Shown here: piece by piece, positions 23,547 to 34,636 of the stretch
Position numbering within the stretch: position 1 is the stretch's first letter
Layout: each line of letters opens with the position of its first letter
Assembly: GCA_976226885.1 (NCBI GenBank)
Contig: OZ320313.1
Location: 118,978,001 to 119,042,000 of the forward strand
DNA length: 64,000 bases
Source of the DNA: Iphione sp. A-MEVVRFRX5
Lineage: Eukaryota
Direction of reading: 5' to 3'
Position numbers and translations under genes: made by a program
The notes under the pieces: generated by a model
What the model saw: the letters and a program-made list of their open reading frames with translations, nothing else
The model's database searches: none
Told to the model about the DNA's origin: nothing

Positions 23547-25208
23547 GCAGTTTTTGTTGTGGAGGTTGAGGCACATTGGTGGAAATTGTGCAGTTTTTTG
23601 TGGAGGTTGAGGCATATCGGTGGAAATTGTGCAGGTTTTTGTGGAGGTTGAGGCATAATGGTGGAAATTGTGCAGGTTTTTGTGGAGGTTGAGGCATAAT
23701 GGTGGAAATTGTGCAGTTTTTAGGCAAATGATATGCAAATTATAAAATATTTCACAACATCTATCGCATGATAGACAGTATCTATCCAGCTGAAAATCAC
23801 CATCTCTGTATCCTACTCTTCATTTGGCCCTCCGGAGTCCGGAAAATCGTTAAATTTACGGCCCAGGTTCGTTTTCCACCTCCGGACACGGAGCACGTAC
23901 ACATGGGTGACCCTCTGTTAAAACCAGTGAGTTCGTTTTTCTCCGCATTTCCGCATACGTGCTCTGGATGCATTTTCCGTATACATGGGAAGCCAGCCTT
24001 AATCAGGCTCCGTGTTTCACACGGCTCGGACATCCCACCCACCACGCCAACAACTTAACATTATTAATCTTAGTTTATTTACGTTCTTTAGGGTGCTCTT
24101 TGTACTGGCTCATCTTGCGCATGTTGTTTTATTACCACTGATTATATATCACTACTCCTCGTTTGCTTCGTGTAGCAATACATATTTTGAGCCCATTTTT
24201 GCTTCTTCAGTAACCCTCCATACTTACTGGTAGTATTTTTACCTTATTTAATTAAATTGACAGATAGCTGGCATTTCTATGCAGTGGATGACCTTTTCAG
24301 GGCATCCTTGGCTCTTTCTCAGGCATTCCCCTAGTAGAGACCTTATTTTAGTATACAGAAAATAGAATCTGTTCTTCCTCGGTTTATCCCTATTAGAAGC
24401 ATGCTCCCTTTGGCGATGTGTCCCTAAGGTGGCCTTTTCACTGTACTGTGTACCTATTGTTCCCCAACTCTCCGCTGTTCTCCTGCAGTGGTCATATGGC
24501 GTGTTGCTCTGGGAGCTGATGACCCGCGGAGCGGTGCCTTACCCGGACGTGGACAACTGGGACATTGCTCACTACATTGAGAGTGGCAAGCGACTTGCTC
24601 AGCCACATTACTGCCCTGACTCCATGTAGGTAGACATTGGTTTTATCAGCAGTATTCCAGACTTTAACCCGATACTCAGACTACTGGGCGCCAAAATAAA
24701 ATGGGGTTTTGATGTATAGAGACATAGGATTAAGCGGGTTTTAATGTATGGAGACATAGGATCATGAGTTGGTTCTTTGCACATATTTGTCAGTTTTCAG
24801 TGTTAGCGTTCCAACGTTTTGAATTTCACTCAAATGCGATCAAGACATCATCTACACTTTTGCAGCCATGGTCACTTGTACAGCAGAGGTTCTGAAAGGA
24901 CACCTATTCTCAGTTAAGAGTTGAAAGTTGGTTTGCCTTTCTTAAGTAGTGTTACTGTCACATCTACTCAGGGGATAATTGTGCATGCTCCTTTCCATCC
25001 GTATTATTTTGTCAGATACGAGGTCATGGTTGCCTGCTGGGAGGAGGAGCCCGAGCATCGGCCGACCTTCGAGCGGATTGTCAAGGAGATTGAGGGGATC
25101 GTCGACTCAGCTCGCACAGTGCCCAAGACGTCCTCACACCTGTACCTGAATATCCACACCATGGCTGCCGTCTCCGACTACCGCGAGGTGTCGCAAGCGG
25201 CGGCCTGA
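6550..25208 (+). CDS. Gene A (spliced, 5'-incomplete): receptor tyrosine kinase, FN3 + 5 L1/neuroglian-like Ig domains + TM + MET/RON-like kinase
   Basis: 19 exons joined by hand with GT-AG boundaries and continuous phase (2981 nt, about 990 aa, stop TGA 25206-25208). Kinase motifs [21 protein letters not shown] and APE are intact. Ig domains carry canonical Cys/Trp. Confidence 0.9.
7034..7139 (+). CDS. Gene A exon: FN3 domain, second half
   Basis: ctgtag|..|gtgaat; [35 protein letters not shown]; phase 0 to 1, fits both neighbours. Confidence 0.7.
8572..8677 (+). CDS. Gene A exon: Ig1a
   Basis: ttgcag|..|gtaagt; [34 protein letters not shown]; phase 1 to 2. Confidence 0.88.
9263..9575. mobile_element. 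MITE-like element with 24-bp inverted repeats
   Basis: AAAAAATAGGTGTGTTTCTGGTAA (9263-9286) / TTACCAGAAACACACCTATTTTTT (9552-9575). Confidence 0.65.
9917..10095 (+). CDS. Gene A exon: Ig1b
   Basis: caatag|..|gtcagt; ITWFVNGK...[38 protein letters not shown]; phase 2 to 1. Confidence 0.9.
10543..10740 (+). CDS. Gene A exon: Ig2a
   Basis: gtacag|..|gtaagt; LDSFP...[24 protein letters not shown]...RRALAPD; phase 1 to 1. Confidence 0.9.
10938..11054 (+). CDS. Gene A exon: Ig2b
   Basis: taacag|..|gtaagt; [39 protein letters not shown]; phase 1 to 1. Confidence 0.88.
12020..12128 (+). CDS. Gene A exon: Ig3a
   Basis: cgacag|..|gttagt; [35 protein letters not shown]; phase 1 to 2. Confidence 0.88.
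12446..12642 (+). CDS. Gene A exon: Ig3b
   Basis: aaaaag|..|gtcatt (weak donor); [12 protein letters not shown]...[22 protein letters not shown]...FKLIVN; phase 2 to 1. Confidence 0.85.
14165..14302 (+). CDS. Gene A exon: Ig4a
   Basis: atccag|..|gtaggt; RPRWVEKP...[27 protein letters not shown]; phase 1 to 1. Confidence 0.9.
14843..14983 (+). CDS. Gene A exon: Ig4b
   Basis: atacag|..|gtaagt; [36 protein letters not shown], the L1-family Ig4 signature (QCNASNxxGYLLANAFVNVL type); phase 1 to 1. Confidence 0.9.
15319..15651 (+). CDS. Gene A exon: fifth Ig domain (L1/neuroglian Ig6-like) plus linker
   Basis: ttgcag|..|gtcagg; [27 protein letters not shown]...[18 protein letters not shown]; not in the ORF track because it has no start codon; phase 1 to 1. 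Confidence 0.88.
16501..16671 (+). CDS. Gene A exon: transmembrane helix and stop-transfer
   Basis: tgcacag|; [24 protein letters not shown] then KKRQQ. The 3' end is uncertain: in-phase GT donors occur at 16609, 16621 and 16672. Confidence 0.8.
17894..18022 (+). CDS. Gene A exon: juxtamembrane region and start of kinase
   Basis: ttgcag|..|gtaagt; [31 protein letters not shown]; phase 1 to 1. Confidence 0.9.
20215..20298 (+). CDS. Gene A exon: kinase subdomains I-II
   Basis: caatag|..|gtacgt; [28 protein letters not shown]; not in the ORF track. Confidence 0.93.
21129..21313 (+). CDS. Gene A exon: kinase subdomains III-V
   Basis: tcttag|..|gtacaa; [43 protein letters not shown], strongly MET-like. 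Confidence 0.95.
21554..21663 (+). CDS. Gene A exon: kinase catalytic loop
   Basis: tcatag|..|gtaaga; [27 protein letters not shown]. Confidence 0.95.
22075..22237 (+). CDS. Gene A exon: kinase activation segment
   Basis: ctacag|..|gtaagt; [37 protein letters not shown]...SDV. Confidence 0.95.
22349..22662. mobile_element. PIF/Harbinger-type MITE
   Basis: TAA|GGGCCTGATCACATA ... TATGTGAACAATGCC|TTA; interior matches the 27167 and 50085 copies. Confidence 0.65.
23512..23542. repeat. (AG)n microsatellite
   Basis: Direct reading. Confidence 0.95.
23541..23721. repeat. 41-bp minisatellite, about 4.5 copies
   Basis: Unit GGTGGAAATTGTGCAGGTTTTTGTGGAGGTTGAGGCATAAT starts at 23578, 23619, 23660 and 23701. 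Confidence 0.93.
24489..24625 (+). CDS. Gene A exon: kinase subdomains IX-X
   Basis: ctgcag|..|gtaggt; [26 protein letters not shown]...[12 protein letters not shown]. Confidence 0.95.
25016..25208 (+). CDS. Gene A last coding exon: kinase subdomain XI and C-terminal tail
   Basis: tgtcag|; [22 protein letters not shown]...[23 protein letters not shown]. Confidence 0.93.
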
Positions 25209-27166
25209 CGTGATGCAGAAGCCGCACCTCCTGACGACGTCATTACTGCTAGGCGAGCGTCTGACGCCAGTGTGCGGTCAGGTACTGAGGTTCAGGATCA
25301 CTGGGTTTAAAAGCAAAAGGAATGACGTCGAAGTTAGTCTGTGGGACGATCGAACGTCATTTTTGTGTCTGATGGTTGACATGGGTGAAAAGCATTTAAC
25401 AGAACGCGTGTGCGATACTGGGATACTAAGGCGTTACTGTCTCAAAAAAAACATGTCTATTAAGTAGACTTTTGTAAATATTACTGACTGCGCGTAAAGG
25501 GTTGGGTTATGGTCCATACCATTTCATACTGAACTAAAACATATGATTCTGAGCAACATCATCATTGCTTTTGGATATCCTTGTTATTAGTAGATGTTTA
25601 TATACATACATGTACCTTACATAGAGACAAGCAGAAAACGGTCCACAACGGATGCTCTTATAATTGGGTCCAATTAACACATTCTAATGTATCACGTCTT
25701 ATCCTGTGAGGAGAGTTACATGTAACACGTTACAAATGGTGTGCGTGGGATGGAAATACGTTGGGCCATTGGTCGCAATAGCAAAAGGGGTAATATTTTA
25801 AGCCATGTCCTATTTTCCAACAAGCGTATAAAGATATGCAGTATGCATCCGATGAGGGAGTATCGCCTGCACAGTATTCTTATTTGAAAGGATACATTGC
25901 TAGGGTGAATCAAGAAGACAATGATCAGGAAAAAGTATGTCCACCACGTGGCGACGTACAGGCTATCAGAAGGTTATTGAATTCATTGTGTAACCACTGC
26001 ACAAAGGTATAGCATTTATTGTTTCAATGCTGTCTGTGTAACTCCATTACCTAGGTAAAACGATTTTATAATTCGTGATATAATCATAGCATCATGCCAT
26101 TTGAATTTCAACAAGAAACAAATGGAAGATCTTTTGGGTGAGGATAATTCGAATAAGTGTAGACCTGACTAAAAAAACAGGATTAAGATGATGTCTTCCA
26201 TTCGTTAAACGAACGCATTTTGAAACCTACCGCTGATGTTAAAAAGGAAAAATATAACCCAGTTTAGTAATCAAGGAAAGGTTTACTCTCCATGTATGCA
26301 TCACAACCCTATGTGCTGTAGTTTGCTTCTTTGGTGCGAACAAGCCTTTGCCTAGTCAAGTCTTATTATGGACAAAAATGAGATGCAAAACATAAGTGGC
26401 AGTGAAGACGATTGTGGTAAAATCATACGAAAATTCAAAAAGAAATATCTCAGAGTAGAAATAATGGTCTAGGATCGGATTAAAGTATCAAGTATCAAGT
26501 GACTGAGAGATCTTTCACAAATTTGTCGACATAAAAAGCTCCGGTTTACAGGACTGCACGGGAGATATTTCTGCTGTGTGGCTTCCACTAGATCAAATTT
26601 CAGCGTTTTCTGCCTACCTAGTTTCTTGCCGATTTGTCATTTAGACCCTTGTATATAACACAGTATTCCTGACAGACACGACTGTAAGAAGACTATTATA
26701 CTGCACACAGCAGCTACGATGTGAATTAACAGTCATCAATCTCTATTCTGAACACAGGCATCTCAATCCTATTAAGGTTATGTCCCGTCTCCTGTTTCAA
26801 TAAACCAGGGTATTTATAGTGCCTTTTCTATTATTCATTCCGTAATTAAAGACATATTTACCGCCAAGAGCACATGGAAGACTTACTTATATGACCCTTT
26901 ACTAATGTTCTGGGAGGATAACATGTGTAGCCTCTTCCAAGGTTTGTACATAATTGCCGATATATATTGCTGACAGAACTTAACATTAGCTTTGGCTCAT
27001 AAATCAGATAAGAAGGTGAAAGGTGTTAATAGATTATGAAGCAGATGTTCCATGTTCATACCATGTGGCAAGCATCTGTGTGCTACACCATATACATCAG
27101 CCTTCACGACCATCCACCAGGAGTTGTATTGGTCTTCAACCCTCTTAACAGAAAGATGTTGACTAA

Positions 27167-27475
27167 GGGGTGTTTCACATGTATCCTGATTTGGCCATCT
27201 CACGTTTGGATGTGTATGCATAGGTAACCTTTGGATCGATGTATAGTAATTGCTTCCATATGGATACATAGATGTATTTTACTATTGCTTCCTATGGAAT
27301 ACATGTCTGGGCACAGAGAAAATCTGTCCTGGATGGGTTGAGTTTCATGTCCGTATGTGTATCCATATAAGTCTGGACATATCTGAATGGCTGTATTGCT
27401 TGTGCGAACTGGAAAAACGTGCGTATACATGTCCGGACATGGGCCAGACAAATCAGGACCCATGTAAATAGCCCC
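27167..27475. mobile_element. PIF/Harbinger-type MITE
   Basis: TAA|GGGGTGTTTCACATGTATCCTGAT ... ATCAGGACCCATGTAAATAGCCCC|TAA; TAA duplication. Confidence 0.7.
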
Positions 27476-27537
27476 TAAGTCTGATACATATGTACCATGC
27501 ATCCTTGCATATATACCGCGCCTGCGACCCTTGGGTA

Positions 27538-29062
27538 CACTGAAAAAATGAACTTGTCCTGGCATTGTCAATATGACAATTTTTAGGGTTGTCATTCAGG
27601 TTTTGACAATCTAAATTATCTATGACAAATATATAATCAAATTGACAATACTGGTTTGTCATAAACCTGTCATAGACTTGTCATCCTTTAGGTCTCACTA
27701 CAGCAGTTATTTTAAAGTGAAGGAACAGAATCTAAACCCACATTATTTAAGGGATATCTATAAAAATACAACTGTGAAATATAGAGTGTTATTAATAGAG
27801 TTACTAAATGCTATATAAAGTTATTTTTGAAATCAGAAAAAGGAAAGAAAAACCTGTCATTCAAATTCAAATGAAGCATACCTTAAATAACAGTCATGGA
27901 GTTAGGAGGCACTTGTCTGGGGTGAGTAAACATTTTAACTCTTTACATACCTTTAAAATGGTCCTAGAAAGAAGTGCTTTATACCAAAATGAAGCTAAGA
28001 ACCTCCTCTACACTGCTGTAGCATTGGTTTTGGTCTTACATGATGTTTAGGGCCTAAAATTGATGAAAACGTGCGATCGCGATACATCGCGATGTACACC
28101 CTGATGCTCTATGCTCTCCCTATAGCCTTGTTGTTTGGACTACATGCAAGTCGAACCTATTAGTTATAAACTAATATCAGGGGGTTAAGATGAAGATTAA
28201 AGTATTAGATTAAGTTATGAATATTGTTTTAGCTACCTTTTCCTTTGTGGCACAGTTGCTGTTGGATTCGGCCTTAAGTCTCTCAGGAAGTTGAGAATGC
28301 AGACATAATGTGTGACTGATAAACTAACAATTAGCCTGTACCCGCCTAGGTTTTATGTAACTGTGCCCAGTCAGAATGGCTGGTGTAATTTATGGCCAGG
28401 TTTATATGGCCGGGGTGGTTAGGGTTAGAGTTAGGGTTAAGGTTAGGGTTAGGGTTAGGGTTAGGGTTAGCCATATTTACATACTGAAAAAATGAACTTG
28501 TCATGGCATTGTCCTTGCTGTATTATTTGTGTAAGCTGATGAGTGTTTGCCACTAGCTGTTGCAGATCCACTGCTGCTGATGTTTGTTGATCTTCTGTGT
28601 AGAGCTGGACTACCACTGGTGGTATTCGATTCAGGCTGGCCCTGATCTGGGCCCCTCCAAAAAACTCATTTGGTGTGAGGAGGTAGGTTACCAAGTGCCA
28701 GTGGCAGCACCCAGTCAAGTGAGCACTGAGACATGGTGTGTAGCTCCATATGCAAGGAAAATTGTTATTTTGACAAGTTTATGACAACCTCTTAGTCACA
28801 AACTTTGAGCGACAATGCTAAACTTGTACATTGTATGACAGTCAATAGGATGAGGTAAAACTTGTCATTAGAGACAACCTTATGACGAGTTTAGTTGTTC
28901 ATAGTGACAAATTTAACCTTGTCATATTAACAAGTTTATGACAACCTTCCTTGTCACAAACTTTGAGCGACAATGCTAAACTTGTACATTGTATGACCGT
29001 CATCAGGACAAGGCAAAACTTGTTACCAGAGACAAGGCCAGGACAACTTTATTTTTTCAGTG
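27538..29062. mobile_element. CACTG-ended (EnSpm/CACTA-like) non-autonomous element(s): two left ends (27538, 28483), one right end (29062)
   Basis: TA|CACTGAAAAAATGAACTTGTCCTGGCATTGTC vs GACAAGGCCAGGACAACTTTATTTTTTCAGTG|TA; many subterminal GACAA/TTGTC motifs; internal tandem duplication of about 158 bp at 28770-29040. Confidence 0.65.
28419..28470 (+). repeat. Interstitial telomere-like (TTAGGG)n array, about 8.5 units
   Basis: TTAGGG units with one TTAGAG and one TTAAGG variant. Confidence 0.92.
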
Positions 29063-32000
29063 TATAATGTCCAATAAGACCTCGCTACATGGTATCGATG
29101 CATGCTGACATGTGGGGTATGACAGAACAAAAAACACATGGCCCATGATATGTACATGGAACATTAACCTTTACTAGCATTCTAGGTGGCAGGTAAATGA
29201 CTTACTCCTACCTTTACACAGTTCAATGTGGTGGTATGTTGATATATTCCAGTATTTTACAACCCCACAGCAGGGAATTAAATGTATATCATATATCCCG
29301 GCTCCTTTACAACAATTATCCTATTTATTTCCACGATTAGAATGAAGCACAAAATAATTCCCGTAAATCTTGAGCCATTTCCTGAAAGGTATAGTCAGTA
29401 AAGTTACCTTTTCAATATAGGGAGAAACAATTTCAAAATATTTGCTATTAGGTTATGATGCAATTTCTGCTTTGATTTTTATGAATACATGTATTTCACT
29501 TTGGAAACAGTATTGTATTAGGTCATTCTTGGTGAATGGCAGTGGCAAATGGATGTCTGAAGACAAGCAAGTCATCCACATGTATCTGTATGGAAGTTTA
29601 TTTCCTTTGGTTGGTTTTATAACACCCATCGGCTATGGCAACTTTGTAGATATATTTCATTCTGTCTCGATGCCTTATGTTTTTTTGTATTGATGACATC
29701 ACAGTAAATGATGAAAAAGCAATGACAATTATTTTCATTCATGTTTGCCATGCCCATCTCATAAAGCTTGACCTTAAGCATTTCAGATGTAGGGATAAGC
29801 ACATATCCCATCGCTACCAATACACTACGAATAAGAATTAATAAATCAAGTAGTATTAACGATTCTGCTGTTTCCGTTTTCGACGTACTAACTATAATCA
29901 ATTGATTAATGCTTTAGTGGTGGCTGATATTGATGATTTGTTTATAGCGGTGGGCCTAGTACTACATGAATATTCTTAGATGTGGTGGCATATGACTTAA
30001 TAACTGGTACTGTGACATTCTGGTTAAAACGATAACTGACATCTTGTTTTACATCATGCTTGAATGTACTACCGACCCTAGTCTATAGGAATGCCCCCAC
30101 GTATCATTTATACTTACGGGGTTACAACAATGAAGCACTGATTTTATCAAGTACAACAGAAGCGAACGTTTTGAAATATTTTATTCACCTTACAACACAA
30201 CATTTCCTTTGACATTACTCTGCTTTCTTTTTGAATAATCACAATATGTTGAAGTTCTATACAACTCCTTTTTCATTTTGAACAAATCCTTTGTCCCGGA
30301 TAAGCAAATTTTAATATAGTACAAAACAAAAAAATCTCATCTTATCATGAGGTGTAAGCTACAGAAAATATAACAAAGTACAATACTGAACAGTACAGTA
30401 GTCTTAGAACAATCTAATGTGTCATACATAATACGATGCGAACAAAAATCTACAAGCTAGAAATACCTAAAATCAACTCGGCCGAGCTGACCACGTATTA
30501 GCACCAAATCATTTGCAGCTATACCAGGAATGTAGGAAATGAATATATCTAATACACTCTTCATATAGGTGCGTGCTGTTCATAAAGCCGCGAACAGGTC
30601 AGTCAATGCTACACGAAAACTGGGGCATTATTCCGCGGAAATTCTGGTCACACTCTTGCAGGTAAGATATGATGAAAAGGGAAGGGGGGAAGGGGGGAAG
30701 GGGGGAAGGGAAAGAACCATAAAGTGTTCCCACATCATACCGTCTCGTGCGAAAGGGGTATCATCTCATATATGTAATTACATGTATCTGTTCACGAGAA
30801 TCAGTTGTACGTAAAGGGCATATATTTCTCACATCAGCATTCTTTGGCTCTTCAAGCATCCTACCATCTTTGATATTACTAACCAACTACATTTTCTACG
30901 GGTTACCATATGCCTAATAAAGTATGTACAAACGAGCTTTTTACATGTATAGGGGCATTTTGGCGAGCTATGACATGTTGCGATATCAAAAGATTTAGTA
31001 TTTAAGGTGGGAAAAATATAATGTAAGACTGTGTCAAAAAGTATGAGATTCACACATAAAAAGGTCAGTACAGCATATTGAAAGGAAAAAAGTGTCCAGT
31101 ATATTTTGTAACAACGGTAGAAATGGATGCATGTACATGTACATGTTTTTGGTTACACCAACTGTTCCTTTAATAGTATGAAATACATTTTATTCTCAGT
31201 GTTATAGATAAATAGTGAAATACAGATCAAGACACGGGAAAGTATGTCAAAGTTATGTAATCTGAAATATAATTCGATATTTTATCTTCAGAAAGTATTT
31301 ATAAGGGCTACAAATCATGACCACATTGATATGGTTCAGACATTGTGACATCACAGAAAACAAGTACGGTACTATATATATAGATACATATCTCAAATGG
31401 CGTCATTATCTTGGCTCCAATTAACAGTTCGACGCATCCAGCTTGAACACTAAATTACTCTTTAATCTCGATTTTGAATAGGGAATTCCAATTAAACGGT
31501 AGAAAATGTTAAAGTAAAGCTCATGTTAAATGCACAAGTCTGAAGATAATGATCTGCAATAAATATTTACATTTAAAATTACTACTTATATCGATAATGA
31601 GGTTTTCAAATGTGCCCTACACAGTAGCGTCATGCTCTTGCCTGCAACAAAAGGAGAAAAAAATCTTGTGAATATTACCAGCATGTAGTTTTTTTTCATA
31701 ACGTAAAATAGCGATGAGTTTAGGGAGAGTTGGCACATACAATTACACACATACTCATTTACTGACACAAACATTTTCATATAGCCATGGTTTGCAACTC
31801 GCCAAATCAATTTTTGAAATTATTTCAAAGATTCTTATTTATGTTATAAAAAGTATAGTAATTCTATTTGGTAAAAGCAAACACTTTCGATTGCAAATCT
31901 CACCCTGTTAGAAGCCCGTGATCCACAGTGTAGTCACTTCCGATGTCTTCATGTTTAACAGGTGTTTCGACTGAAAATTCACGAAATGTCTATGTATGAG

Positions 32001-34636
32001 TTTTACAGATCTTTTAATGCACGTGGAATATTTCCATTTTTCATCGCACTTGTTAACATAGTGTCTTGGATATAGAAAATGTGGAGATCTTCCTTGAGCA
32101 AGCAGGTCAGTTGGTTATGTAAAAGTATCTGCAAGGGGAGCTGTTGTCAGAAATGGTCATTGATATGATAACTGTGGTAGCCAGTCTAGGCTTATGAGAA
32201 GTAGTGCTGTGCTGAAGCAGGTAGAAGGTTTTGTGTGATGCAAACTGCTTTATGGAAAAATGCACTAAAGAAAAAACATTTTCCATTGGGGGGTGGGGGT
32301 GTAATGCACCTTATAACCAAGGTAGGACAAAGTAACGTAGGTTTGAAGACGGAAATGTTGCTCTCAATTATTGGTATATTTTCGTATTCATGCACGCTGT
32401 TTTACAAAATATAGCATAAATCTTTGCATATTTTAAAACATTTCAATATCGTTTTACCAACGATTTCCTTACTATGTAGAAATGTAGGGACATGCTTTTG
32501 GCAATTTTGGTATAGTCTGATGCGATAGTCACCACGATATAGCGCCATGCAAAGATGTTCATATCTGTGTTATTCTATGTGTACCTGTGGTGCAAATTGC
32601 TGTATATTATGTGAGAACTTGGTGGACATGGCGTATGAAACGGTTCTTAATGTCTTCATTTCAAGGAATTCATTTGTTTCCAACCAGGTGAAATAGAGAT
32701 GTGTTTAATTACGTTCACTGATACAGTTATCAATAATAATAATACATTTGAATTAGTTACGTGTTCCTTTTAACCGAGGAAACGTACGGAATATCAAGAC
32801 TGTATTTAATGCCTTTATCACCTTATACTTGTGCAAGTATATCAAAAGCAAACTTACATTTCAAGGCTACCCAACCCACTAATACTGAAGCGGGGACTAG
32901 AGCACTTACAACTGGACAACGTTAACATTCAAGACACTCATCGCGCAATACATAATGCCACTGATTACGAAGACCGATGAAACATGGTAAATACCAAACC
33001 AGAAGACGTTTGCACCATTGGAAAAGAGGCTAATAGAAATCAGATCTTTTCCTTTCGACAGAGACCCAGGTTATAATCAGAAGTAAGAGAAATATAAATG
33101 TCAGATTCGAGGAACCCTTAGACGGGAGGGTATTAGAACCTTATCATAGCCTTGCCACCCAAGATAAGGGTAAACATAGGAGCAGACCTAGATGGATACA
33201 CTGGACAGCCAAAACTACGTGGTACAAGTGTCGTAGGTACAGATTGTATATCCAAACCTTGGTTAAACGGCAGTGGCCTCCACGCGTAGCGGGATTGAGG
33301 TGTCCTCTGTTTTTCCCATAAAAAAGATCAGATCAGACGCTTTCTTAAGGCATAGGAATTCAATAGTATCAAACGTAACGCTCATGGCTTGACGGGCAGG
33401 AGAACCCTCTTTAAATTTTGTGGACAGAATAATGCGACCACCGTCTTTGTTTTTTTTTGTAGATTACTGAACAGAAGATTGAACAGCAAGCGCTTCTCGA
33501 AAGCTTTCCCAGAGTAAACCATAATTTTACTGCAGAGATTAAACATAATCAGTGCATAGCTCATGGGAAACGTTCAAAAGTACCATAAAATGTAAAATTT
33601 CACACAAACATATTATAAATGTGTCATGTAAGAGGGAAAACAGCTATGGGAATAAAAGCTATAGGTATGGACTTGATTTAAATAATTGGGATATACAAGG
33701 GGCTTTGTCGAAAAGGAGCACAGCCAATGACAAAATAGGAAACTGTTTTTCTTACTTAAATATCAATAGCAAAACATGCCTCTTCTCTAAGTATATCTAG
33801 ACTGAAACAATGAGGATGGGGTGCGGCAAAAGGTTGATTATTACAATAGATGGCCGTATAAAAAGGAACGACGCGCGAGACGAACAATGGGGAGTTAAAT
33901 CATAGCAGTTTCTCACCCTACTGCAAAACAGCGGCAACCGAAATGCCTTCATCCTATGGCAAAAGGCCACATGCGCAATGGGTATCTTAGGCAGGAACAT
34001 AAAAATGGTTCTATCCCGTCCCATGCATATTGCAAACGTATAAGACTTTACAGGGTTGTGTCGTTCAAAGATGATGATAATCAAGTACATGTTGCAGCAA
34101 GTTCTGACGCCGGGGACTACTTACTCTGACTGCAACATCTCCGTCAACTGTGTTATTAGTGGAAATATTATTGTTGAGGCAACGATAGGGAAACATACCA
34201 TTACAATTTACAAACTCAGTGGAAATATTTAGCTCTTAGTTGGGGGAGAGAGAAGACTCTCACTAATTAGAAAACCATTGCTATACCCTTCATCGTTACA
34301 TAAAGCAATCACGTTGGCCATTCCAAAGAAAGTGATGCTGTTTTAAGTCCACTGGCAAATATGCAGTAGCTATATAAGCAGGGGTAGCGCAGGATTGGCC
34401 TATAAGAATGGTTACCGTATAGTAACCTGCTTGCCAGCAAAACGAAATAAATGTTCCATGAACTCCCGAGCGTGTTCACCATTTAAGATCGTTTCGCAAT
34501 ACTTCTTCAAAATATGAAATAACATATTTCATTGATTTCTATAGTTTAAAGCGTGCGTTACTTAGTAGTGTTAAACTCCTCTGTATAGCTTGTTAAGGAT
34601 TGCACTTCACTAGTATGTCATGAATGGCTTGCTTAC

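Larger units (their letters stand above)
23373..23998. mobile_element. PIF/Harbinger-type MITE carrying micro- and minisatellite
   Basis: TTA|GGCCAGCTTTCCATGCATACGGAAA ... TTTCCGTATACATGGGAAGCCAGCC|TTA; 3-bp TTA target duplication. Confidence 0.75.

Noticed and set aside
23541-23721. Regular 41-bp repeats, considered as a CRISPR array
   Set aside because: Head-to-tail repeats with no unique spacers, inside a MITE in a eukaryotic intron; no cas genes
17894-25208. Calling gene A MET, or gene B L1CAM/neuroglian
   Set aside because: A lacks Sema-PSI-IPT domains; B lacks Ig5-6, FN3 repeats and a FIGQY tail; orthology cannot be claimed
28419-28470. TTAGGG array as a chromosome end or fusion point
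   Set aside because: Only about 50 bp, single orientation, ordinary sequence on both sides
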